Assembly (NCBI GenBank): GCA_034780895.1
Contig: JAUZTB010000011.1
Span: forward strand, 36,248,245-36,312,244
Direction: 5' to 3'
Length of the DNA stretch: 64,000 nucleotides
Origin: Rhynchobatus australiae
Taxonomy: Eukaryota
Position numbers and translations under genes: made by a program. Below are positions 28,942-40,900 of this stretch, one piece after another. The notes under the pieces were generated by a model. That model searched no databases, was not told the DNA's origin, and saw only the letters and a list, made by a program, of their open reading frames with translations. Within the stretch, counting starts at the first letter, position 1. Every line of letters starts with the position of its first letter.

Positions 28942-31900
28942 TGTCTTCAAGACAGCAAGACTATAACAACATGCTGGCTGATTTGCTCAGTGAATTGGAG
29001 AGAGAGAGTCTGTCACTACAATCCATATATGGATTTTGGAGCAAACGAGTGGAGTCCACTTTGTCGTTATCCTGTACTGGAAAACAGGTATTTTCTGTGG
29101 GCGGCCATGTATCGAATGTCTTTGGGGTGGCAGATACTTCAGAACAAAGCAATGGAGATCATCAGTGACTGAGGTGTTGTATGGGATCCATCGTATGGGA
29201 ACATGTGGATTTTGTAATTTCTCTCTACATTCTCTCTACATTTTCTCCTCAGTCAATGGTGGTTTTGCAAAAACCTTTGCTCACATTTCACCTGATGACT
29301 TGCTGAACTGAACTTTGAGAACTATTCCTAGACTTGGGGTTTGGGAATTTNNNNNNNNNNNNNNNNNNNNNNNNNNNNNNNNNNNNNNNNNNNNNNNNNN
29401 NNNNNNNNNNNNNNNNNNNNNNNNNNNNNNNNNNNNNNNNNNNNNNNNNNGGGGGGTTATGTGGTGACTTACCTGTCATGAACCGGCTCCCACAATCGCG
29501 AGTGTCGTCGGAGGCACTGACACAAGATGGCGCGGGGCACTCTTTCTTTGTTGGGCTAGAGGAGCCCGCGCGTGGGAAGGTCACGTGACTTGCGCGTGAC
29601 GTCAGCGTGGGAACTTTGTTTATTAAAGGGGCAGCGCACCCCAGCTGTTCATTCGACTCTTGGACTTCAAACAAGTGTCTCGTGCCTTTATTCAGTGTAG
29701 CTAGCCGCTACAACATCTTCCAATATTTGCTGATGGTTGAGAATTAGATTGACGTGGCTTTAATTGGATTGCATTGCAATAGCCCTCATTATTTTGAGCA
29801 TAGGTTTGGCTAGTTGCACAGGTAGTTCTAGGCCACAACTGTTTAACACCACAGTTAGGATTTTGCCTGGGTTCAAAGCTTTGCAGTATCCAGTGTTTTC
29901 AATGGTTTTTCTAATAGTGAGCACAATTCTTAAAAAGTCCAGAACAGTAAAATTTGAGAGTTTTTAGAATGATATGCACAAATCATTGAAGTTGGCAGAG
30001 CAGGTTGACAAATCAACTTCCCTTGTTAATTGTTTTAATTATCTAGTGCTGTTAATATCTGGGTGTTGATAAATAGTAGATCTTTGATTTGATCTGTTTG
30101 GTGTGGGATTGCTAAATTATAGCAGGTATTCATGTCTTCAGGAGATTAGAAATACTTCAACACCAATTAATTACTTTCAAAACACAGGAAAATGTAGCAA
30201 TAACTTGGTAAAAATCAAGGTTCCACAAAAAATATATGCAATAAATGACCAAATAATCTGTTTCATTGTTAGTTGAAGGATAACTGTTGTTTAGGATGCA
30301 AGGATAACATATTTGTTCCTCCTTGCTGAAAGCTCAGAAGAAAACTACTCATTGCTTCATTCAAAGGATGGCCCCATCAGGAGTGCAAAACTCTCTAAGT
30401 ATTGCACTGAAGTTTAAGAGGCAAGAGTGCTGCACTTAAGACAAGTTGCAAGCATAAACCAAGTTAGCTGACAATTTTCTCTGTCCCAGACAACAGTTCA
30501 GTAGATGTTTTTCACTTAGTGGTGTAAGGCATACACTAAACTGATAAGTTAAAACTGGAATTTTCAAACTACCATTCAAATCAACCTAATCACTCAAGAC
30601 TACCCACCTGCAATACAGTATATGAATATAAAAACTATTAAGATCTTAATGGACAAGCATTTCCTGGCAGTGGTGATATGCCTGTATTCACAGCAGGCAT
30701 ATGTTTAAATGCAGATCTGCCATTTTCAGTAACTTGCCAAGCACCTGCCCAATCCTTAATGGTAAAAACTCATAAATATAATTACATGAGGGGAAAAGCC
30801 AGTCAGCTAAGCTATGNNNNNNNNNNNNNNNNNNNNNNNNNNCATTTCAAACGCTGGCATTCAGAAACATAGAAAAATGATTTAAAAACAATTACAAACA
30901 ATGACATTAATAAATTTAAAGAAGAAGAGCTAAAGCACTTAAAAACAATTCATATTGTTGAACGAACCTAAATTAATTCATATAAAAGTAAATTACTGAA
31001 TACTAACCTTGGTTCCTTTTCTTTTGAATGAATGGAAATTCTGTTCCTGCACCAGGGTCCACCTGATATAGGCAGATCCCCATGACAACTACCAAGATTT
31101 TCCTGAAAAACCTTGCCAGATACTGGATTTTCAGGTGAAGGCAAACAGAAACCATATTTGAGAAATAGTTTTCTATTTTACTACCTTATAACAAACATAT
31201 GGTTATTATATTTCTAGTACTCCATTTTTACAATGTTAGACAAACTCACCAAATCTAGTTCACTGGCCAAATTTAAATCAAAAGGCGTTTTGCTTGATCC
31301 TCCTGTAGGAACTACTGCCATAACTCCTGAACAAGCCTCTGAGTAGAAGGTACTGAGACCCAGGTTACTAACAGCTCCAACTGCCACTGTGTATATACTA
31401 TTCACATATCCATCAGCACCGCAGTGATCTTCGGCCATGCCACCATTTCCCGAGGCCCACACAAAAATATTTCCTTTACCATTGCGACCCTGTAACATTA
31501 AAAAAAGGAATGGTGTGTTTTCCTAAATTAAATACACTCCTTTTAAGACATTCAGTTATGAACTGTTGCCTGATTTTTTGATTACATAACTTCATTATAT
31601 TATGCTTTTGGTGAAAACTTTCCTGGGCACATTAAAAACTAATTTCAAAATGTGGAGGCACATATATCAATAGTATTAACACTTCAGGTTCTTTCATTAA
31701 ATGCAAAGTTTTTACTTTCTAACTGAAACTAATATTTGTTAAATTCTATAATAGTTTTGATTTGATAAATGAGACAAAGCATTTATNNNNNNNNNNNNNN
31801 NNNNNNNNNNNNNNNACTTCCAATCATGAAATCTTTGCTTAAAGTGTAAGGAAAGAGCAGGGGACCGCTATTTTTTATTCAAAATGTACCTGCCACTGAT

Positions 31901-34900
31901 AGACTTTGAATCCTTCATATAAATTTAATGAATATTTAGCTAATAGAAACATTATTTTTCTTTGGGTGCTAAATTGTAACATGATGTGATGTTAGTGATG
32001 GCATTTATTACAGAGAATTGAGAGATACTAATTCATCTTGGGCATTAGCACAAAAACAAATATTATCGCTATGACCACCTTGATATGACCTGCTTGATAT
32101 CCACTTTCATGAATTCAATTGTACTGAATAACAGCAGAAATTTTATAGGCAGCCAGAATGATAAGCCAAGGTGAATTTCTATCCCCAAAGGTGGTTTATT
32201 TTTGTAATATGCAAAAGCCACATTACAATAAAAGCTCTTACTAATTTCCACATATATAAATTTACGATAATACCACCAAATTAAAAAGTGGCAACAAAGA
32301 ATTTGCAGTAGACTTGAAAATGCAAAATCTATTTTTTAATGAAGCCTCAGGGACTTACAATTAAGGAGAACCATGTGGCTTGCTATACCTTTTCTTTCCT
32401 TATCAATAAGAAATACTACAGTTACATACAGTATACATATTGGCACATATGTATTATCTTTGATAGAATTCAGTCACTCCATCAAAAACTCTTAGTTCTG
32501 AAGTGTTTAATTGCAGATTCACACCAATAATACTTCATCTCACAACTTTAACAGAGGCAATGCTACTATACCTAAACAACCGTTAGTTTAATTTCAAACT
32601 AGGTCAATGTCACTTACATTTATTATTAAATAATCCTTTAAATAAAGCCCATTTTCAATACCTAGTCTGAATCTCTTACCTTCTCTGCCCCTTCCTTAAG
32701 TGCTCTGGATGTTAGTTTCTTGGGGCCATCAAGTTTCTTTCCATTGTCTCTGGGGCCCCAACAGCAGCTGTAGATATCTATGTAGTTGTTCTTGTAGGTG
32801 AGGGCTGCAGCTTCTAAGGCATCAGTCACTTTTCCATCCAGGATGCGAATACCTAAATCAGGAATATAATACTTGCAATTATATTGAAACGTGGCAGGAC
32901 ATTTAATTTTGCATAACAGATTTATTTTTATGTATCATTACTAATAGTTACTAATAGTTAATAATTGCAGTGATATGTGAAACAATAGTTGGGTATTTCC
33001 TCAAGTTTGCTCCTGATTATCATTATACATCTTTGAAGTGCAGTCACTGTTACCATGTAGTCAATTTGCATACTGCAAGTTCCATCAAACTACAATGCAG
33101 TAATGACGAGATAATCAGATACATCATCATGACTGATTGGCCCTACCTACTACAGCATAAGCTCATCAATTTGACAATAATCAATCAAACTTAGCTTCCT
33201 CAAAACCTTATGCTGTGGTCCCACTGCAAGTTTTGGGCTAGTACCAATTACAAGTCTGGGTTGTTATGGTGGTAAATAATATTGCCATTGATGGATTTAT
33301 CATGGAGTGTTAAACAAAGTATGTGAGGAAATTGCAGGTGCCTTCACTACAATCTTTCATTGTTCACTCATTTCAGGAATTGTCTTTTTATATTGGAAAA
33401 CTGTAAATGTAACACCAGCAAAGTAACAATAATAGGCATGCAGTCACATTGGAAGGAAGGGATTTGTTGTAAATTGGTAAATTGGTTTATTATTGTCACA
33501 TGTACCGAGGTACAGTGAAAAACTTTATTTTGCATGCCATCCATACAGAACATTTCATCACATCAATACATTGAGGTACTTCNNNNNNNNNNNNNNNNNN
33601 NNNNNNNNNNNNNNNNNNNNNNNNNNNNNNNNNNNNNNNNNNNNNNNNNNNNNNNNNNNNNNNNNNNNNNNNNNNNNNNNNNGGTACTTCAAGGGTAAAG
33701 CAATTGCAGAATACAGTATAAAGTGTTGCGGTTATAGAGAAAATACAGTGCAGGCAGACAATAAGGTGCAAGGCCAAGATGAGGTGCTGTAGATTGTGAG
33801 GTCAAGAGTCCATCTTATCATACAAGGAGATGGTTCTTATAACAGCAGGATAGAAGCCTGGTGGTATGTGCTTTCAGGCTTTTGTATTTTCTGCCTGATG
33901 GGAGGGGACTGAAGAGAGAATGTTTGTGGTCGGTGGGGGTCTTTGATTATGCTGGCTACTTCACCGAGGTAGTGGGACGAGTAGGCAGAATCTATGGAGA
34001 GGAGGCTGGTTTACGTGATGTGCTGAGTTGTGTCCACAACTTTCTGCAGCTTCTTGTGGTCTCGGGCAGAACAGTTGCCATCCTAAGCTGTGATGCATCT
34101 GGATAGGATGCGAACCATGGTGCATCTATAAAAAATGGTGAGGGTCAATGGGGACATGCCAAATTCCTTTAGCTTCCTGAGGAAGTAGAGGCGCTGGTGC
34201 GCTTTCATGGCATCTACTTGGTTGGACCAGGACATAAGTATCAGTACCCCATGAATATCAGTGCTGGCAGCCCAACCACTCGTAATATTTAGTAATGACT
34301 TGAATAGCAAAATAGATAGTAATTCATACAAATTTGCCAATGCTGCAAAGATCATACAATGGAATATAAGGTGTGTAGGTAGGAACACAAAATTAAAAGG
34401 AGACGTCGATGGATTCGGTTCAATACTCCGTTTAGGACCAAGTCAGGAAAATTCAACTTATTATTTAAATAATGAAAACGTTCAGAAGAATGGAGGTCCA
34501 AAGAGATTTAGGAGCCCATGCATGCAGACCACTGGAATGTAGTGATCAGATGCTAATTAGAAAGACCAATGGAATCTTAGTATTTGTTAATAGAGTTTTG
34601 ACATCTGAAGAAATGGAAGGGGAATTATAATTCTGTAATATCTATACAAAATGCCATTTCAAGGACAACGTGTACAGTTCAGAGCATCATGCTCCAGAAA
34701 GCATATCTTAGCTTCAGATGCACCAGAATTTTACCAGAACTCAAAACAGAAGATTTGATTCTGTTGACAAAATACATAAAATAAGCCTATTTTCTCACAA
34801 TATAAAAGATTAGGGGATGATTCAGTTTCATTACTCATCTGAAAAGAATCTCTTGGATAAATGGAGAGTAACATTTACCGTAGGCGGACAAATATTGGAC

Positions 34901-37900
34901 AAGGGAAGATAACTATAGGGCCAAGCCATTTAGAAGAGAAGCCTTGGGACACTCCTTTATGTAAAGTATGGTAGAAGTGTTCCCATAAAAGAGAACAATA
35001 AATGCAAGGTCAATCGATAACTTAAAATCTAATATCAATAGAAGTTTGCAAGCTTGGGGGATGAAAAGCATTGAAGCCTTGGAGTTGGATGATGTAACAG
35101 GACAGATCTGATCTCACCATATCATGGAACAATTTATTATAGAGAAAGCTACAGAGAACATCAGTCAAGTTACAACTTTACACAATATAACAGGATAATA
35201 TCATTCTCTTTCTATAAGAATTGTTTGAGCATTGCCTTAATTTGTGAGTGTTTATTGATCCAACCAAGCCAATTTCCACCTCACCCATAAAGTGCCAGCT
35301 GTAGACTGAGTACATCACCTCTAATTTAACATTTCATCTTGATTGTTGCATTTTAAATTTAATTGATTTGGTCTCAGCAGGGAACGAAGCACACGGCTTG
35401 AACATATGAACAAAAAATGTCTGAGAACTGCAAATGTGCTAATGGTAGGCAATAGAATCAGCCAATAATTCCTGTGCTCAGAATGTAGTGATGGAAGTTT
35501 GACAGAGCAGGACCTCTTATTGTTGCCACATGCAATTAGACTGTTGAACAGGCCCATTAAGAGAAAAAGAGAGCACCTAATACTCCCTACCACAGTGCAA
35601 GGAAGGTGGAAGGAGATGGCTGTGAGTGGATCTTCCATAATCTCAAAAGGTCCCTTGTATTGTGAAATAAGACAGGAAAGGTGAGGATTTCTCAAATAAT
35701 TAACAAGCGAGGTAACTGAATCAACTAACCATCACCCTTTGGACTTTATCACAGTTCCATGTCCCTTATCTCAGGGCAATTTTAAATGCCATCACTCACA
35801 GCATGTGTCATATATCCTCTAATGTGTGACACTTTGCTGGGTCTGGAGCACATGGCTCATCTGCACAGTGGCGCAGCTGGTAGAGCCGCTGCCTCACGGC
35901 CTCAGAGACCCAGCTGCTGAGGTCTCTCAGGTTCTGCAACCTGTCCCCGTTGTTGCGGAAGATAGGTGTGATCTCATTGCCACGCAATAGTCAGTGGTTG
36001 ATAGTCAGTGCGGACTTGGCGAGCCGAACAGCATGTTTCTCTGCTGTATCCCTCCTTGACACTTTAGCTCTATGTTAGTGAATGTGTGGTCCAGAGGCAT
36101 AAACAAATGATATCAAAATACAAGCTCAGACTCCATTATGGCAGCAAGGAAATTTAAATTTATTTAAATGATTTTGAAATAAGAAGATGATATATCTTAT
36201 AATGACAGTGATTGGGGCAAAATTGTTCAGAAAAAAATTATACTGCTGTCCATTCCTGATTGGCCTATATATCATTTCGGATCCATAAAAATATGAAAGA
36301 CTCTTTATAGTCTGCCGAAATGGGCTTGCAAGCCATTGAATTGTACCAATGGACTACGAACAGGCATAATAAAACCAGATGGATCATCTGGCACTGATTT
36401 TGGACAGCACAAGGACTCCTCAAGCATCGAAAATTTGTTTTTACTATTGCCTTTACTTGTCAGACTTGGGAGAGCAGAGAAAGGTCCCTACCTTTCACAG
36501 CCTAAGATTGTAACTGTGAAGGAATTGTGCCTTTCAGCTGAGATCCAGTATATCCTATTATCATTATCAGGGAGGGTTCTATTAGGACAGACACACCTGA
36601 AGAGGTGAAACCTGGGAGGGAGCAATCTTGTGAGATATCACCCTTGACTTCAGTCCTCATGAAATCTCTTGGCATTCAGTCAAATAAATGAACTGAGGGG
36701 CTGACAGCCCCTCCTACATTCTCAGTTGATAAATCAGTACTCCTCCATGTTGAACACCACCTGGAAGGTACTCTGGGGAAATCAATAACTTAAAACATAC
36801 ACAAAATGGGGAACATCATTGTCCATTACCAAATGTGACTTAGGAGCATCGCCACTCACTGAGTTGTCTTGAAGGAGCTGACAGCAAGACTGGGTTATGG
36901 CAGGTATTGAGAGAACTAATACAAGGACTAAACCCATTTGCCCTTGTCCTCAAGAATCTGCCTCTGGCAAGTACATTTATCAATGACAGTGTTGGTAGGG
37001 ATGACCTCTGCATAGTCTTTGTAGAGTTAATGTCCTTTTCTTCACACTGACAGTTTCTATCTTAGTATACAGAACCACTACCATGTTAAATGAGAAAGAT
37101 TCAGATAACATCCAGTAAATCAAATTTGAACATCCATGAACACTGCCAACCGCTAACCACTAGAGAACTGTATTCTACCAGAACACAACTTCACAGCCCA
37201 AATCCTAATCCTTCCATGACCATCAAGACTAGATACTGATCTATGCTCAACAAGGAAGATAGAACAGCATGCCGAGCAGCACAAGATGTACTGTAAAAAT
37301 GAGGTCTCAAGAGCTAAATAATACAATTAGCAACAAATGAGATCAAAATCTGACAGTTTTACCATTGTGAATGGTGCTGGAGATTTAAACAAATAGCCAA
37401 TGGAAGTGATTCCATAAATATCCCCATTCTCAATTAATATTCCCATTTTCACAAAGTGGAAAATTGGCTAACTGTGCTGTATACACAAAATCCAGACTGG
37501 ATCATTACCACACCATCAATCTATTTCCAATCATCAGCTAAGTGAAGGAAGATGTCACACAAGTGCTACCAAATAGAATGCACTCTCCAATACTCTGATA
37601 CATTTAAGCTCCGCCTGTGCAACTGGCTCCTGACCTCATTATAGACATGGTCCAAACATAGAGAAGTAGATGAATTCCAGAGATGAGGCAACATCAAGGC
37701 AGAGTATAGTATTAATGGTAGGACTCTTGGCAGTGTGGAGGATCAGAGGGATCTTGGGGTCCGAGNNNNNNNNNNNNNNNNNNNNNNNNNNNNNNNNNNN
37801 NNNNNNNNNNNNNNNNNNNNNNNNNNNNNNNNNNNNNNNNNNNNNNNNNNNNNNNNNNNNNNNNNGGTCACCTCACTACAGGAAGGATGTGGAAGCCATA

Positions 37901-40900
37901 GAGAGGGTGCAGAGGAGATTTACAAGGATGCTGCCTGGATTGCAGAGCATGCCTTATGAAAGCAGGTTCAGGGAACTTGGCCTTTTCTCCTTGGAGTGAC
38001 AGAGGATGAGGGGGGACCTGATAGAAGTGTATTAGATGGCGAGAGGCATTCATCGGGTAGATAGTCAAAGGCTTTTCCCCAGGGCTGAAAAGGTTGCCAC
38101 AAGAAGGCACAGTTTTAAGGTGCTGGGGAGTAGGTATAGAGATGTCAGGGGTAAGGTTTTTACTCAGCGTGGCAAGTGTGTGCAATGGGCTGCCGGCAAC
38201 GGTGGTGGAAGCGGAAACGATAGGGTCCCTTTTAAGAGTCTTTTGGATAGGTACATGGAGCTTAGAAAAAGAGAGGGCTATGGGTAAGCCTGGTAATTTC
38301 TAAGGTAGGGACATGTTCAGCACAGCTTTGTGGGCCGAAGGGCCTAAATTGTGCTGCAGGTTTTCTATGTTCTATGTTCTATCAAGGGAATTTTGGGTCT
38401 AGGCAGCCCCGTAAAACTGAAATCAGTGGGGAATCAGGAGTAAACTTCACACTGTATGCATTCATACAAAGGAAAATGGTCCCCATCCCCAAACACCATG
38501 GCCTTAGTTACTATCCTCGGTCCAATAATCTTCAGCTCCTTCATCAACGACCTGTCCTTCATTATAAGATTAGACGTGGGGATGTTTTCTGATTATTGCA
38601 TGATGTTCTATTCCACTTGTTTCTCTTCGTCTAGTTAACTAGTTCATGTCAGCATATGGCAAGATTTGGAAAAGGACATGCCAATAAGTGACAAGCGATA
38701 TCATCAAAATAAGAGGCCTGCCTCTTGATATGGCACTACAATAAGTGAATTACTCACAATCAATATATCAATATTCTAGTAGATATAATTCACAATAAAC
38801 TTAACTGGACCAGTGTATGCAAGACCAAGTGTAAGGTTACACACTTTCCCATTAATAATGTACCTTCTCACTCTCCAAATCTTATCCATTTGCTACCAGA
38901 CCTAGGCGGGTATGTGATGGAATACTCTCCACTTGCCAAGACTGTTGCAGCTCCAATAACACCCAGAAAGCTCAACACCATCCTGAGCAAAGCAGCCCAC
39001 TCAATTGATATCCCATCCACTACTCTAAATATTCTGTCTTACTGGTGGCCTGAGACCACAGTGTATACCATTGACAAGATGCGCTGCTACAACGTACAGG
39101 CTTTCTTCAACAGCGCTCCCTGGATCCATGATCCCTACCACCTANNNNNNNNNNNNNNNNNNNNNNNNNNNNNNNNNNNNNNNNNNNNNNNNNNNNNNNN
39201 NNNNNNNNNNNNNNNNNNNNNNNNNNNNNNNNNNNNNNNNNNNNNNNNNNNNNNNNNNNNNNNNNNNNNNNNNNNNNNNNNNNNNNNNNNNNNNNNNNNN
39301 NNNNNNNNNNNNNNNNNNNNNNNNNNNNNNNNNNNNNNNNNNNNNNNNNNNNNNNNNNNNNNNNNNNNNNNNNNNNNNNNNNNNNNNNNNNNNNNNNNNN
39401 NNNNNNNNNNNNNNNNNNNNNNNNNNNNNNNNNNNNNNNNNNNNNNNNNNNNNNNNNNNNNNNNNNNNNNNNNNNNNNNNNNNNNNNNNNNNNNNNNNNN
39501 NNNNNNNNNNNNNNNNNNNNNNNNNNNNNNNNNNNNNNNNNNNNNNNNNNNNNNNNNNNNNNNNNNNNNNNNNNNNNNNNNNNNNNNNNNNNNNNNNNNN
39601 NNNNNNNNNNNNNNNNNNNNNNNNNNNNNNNNNNNNNNNNNNNNNNNNNNNNNNNNNNNNNNNNNNNNNNNNNNNNNNNNNNNNNNNNNNNNNNNNNNNN
39701 NNNNNNNNNNNNNNNNNNNNNNNNNNNNNNNNNNNNNNNNNNNNNNNNNNNNNNNNNNNNNNNNNNNNNNNNNNNNNNNNNNNNNNNNNNNNNNNNNNNN
39801 NNNNNNNNNNNNNNNNNNNNNNNNNNNNNNNNNNNNNNNNNNNNNNNCTGCTCCGACTGCTCTACAATCCAATGGCACTGACTCACGGGAGTAAGGGAAA
39901 TGCACATGAGATACTGACAGATGGGAAAACACAGGGCATATGAGAATTAAATGATGGAGAAATTAATATGGAACTTGATTTGCAAACAGAATTACAAAAA
40001 CAAAAGTCAGCCTTGGGCTGAAGAGCAAACCATCGTGAAGAGGCTTCTGAAACAGAACTCAGTAAAAGTCTGAAAAACACACTTGTAATCTAACATCTTC
40101 TTGCAGGGGTAGACCTATGTGCTCTGAGTCTCATTTGGTTTCCCTTCTTTCTTATTCCTCTTCCTATTTTTATTGCGGAATAAGTGAGGGTAGATTCCTA
40201 TTGGAAAGTCTATTGTGCAACCACTCTTGCCACAGAAGAACAGCCACAAGAATCTTGGGAGAATGGCATTACCGGCATTTATGTTATTTCTCCAAAACTT
40301 TTACCCATATTCTGCTGGAAGTATGATGAATAGGAAAACAATGTTCAGAATATTACCCATTTGGTACATTTAATCATAGGTGGTAATTTTAGTAAGGGTC
40401 ACAAATNNNNNNNNNNNNNNNNNNNNNNNNNNNNNNNNNNNNNNNNNNNNNNNNNNNNNNNNNNNNNNNNNNNNNNNNNNNNNNNNNNNNNNNNNNNNNN
40501 NNNNNNACAAATTAAATGCACATAACCTATGAATTAATCTGGACAGGAGCAAGTGGGACAAAGTTTACAGTGTTTGCAGGAATAGGTGGCAGCAGGTGGG
40601 ATCAGCATCCTCTAACACCAGAATAACCTGCAGAGTAAAGGAAGGAAGTTCACTGTAAGCAGAGAAGAAAGGAAAGACAGCCAATACCTATGGCTTGCTA
40701 CCTAGCACACTTGTACCCCTCCCACTTCCCCCCACCATGATCGGGGATGAGGAGACATGTGAGGGAGTATTGCATTATGTGCACGATGGGAGAAGACAGG
40801 GAATAACACGGGGAGGTGTTGGGAGGGCAGCAACAAATATTGATTGTGCATGTGCAATCAGAAGAAAGTGAAATACAGGCAGTGATTGCAGCAGAGATAT

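Noticed and set aside
28941-29350. Possible second LTR or retroelement next to the TG repeat
   Set aside because: No termini, PBS or coding motif could be defined because it is cut off by the gap.
33575-33690. GGTACTTC duplicated on both sides of a 100-N gap
   Set aside because: Cannot distinguish a TSD of a hidden insertion from contig-end overlap, so it is treated as a probable assembly artefact.
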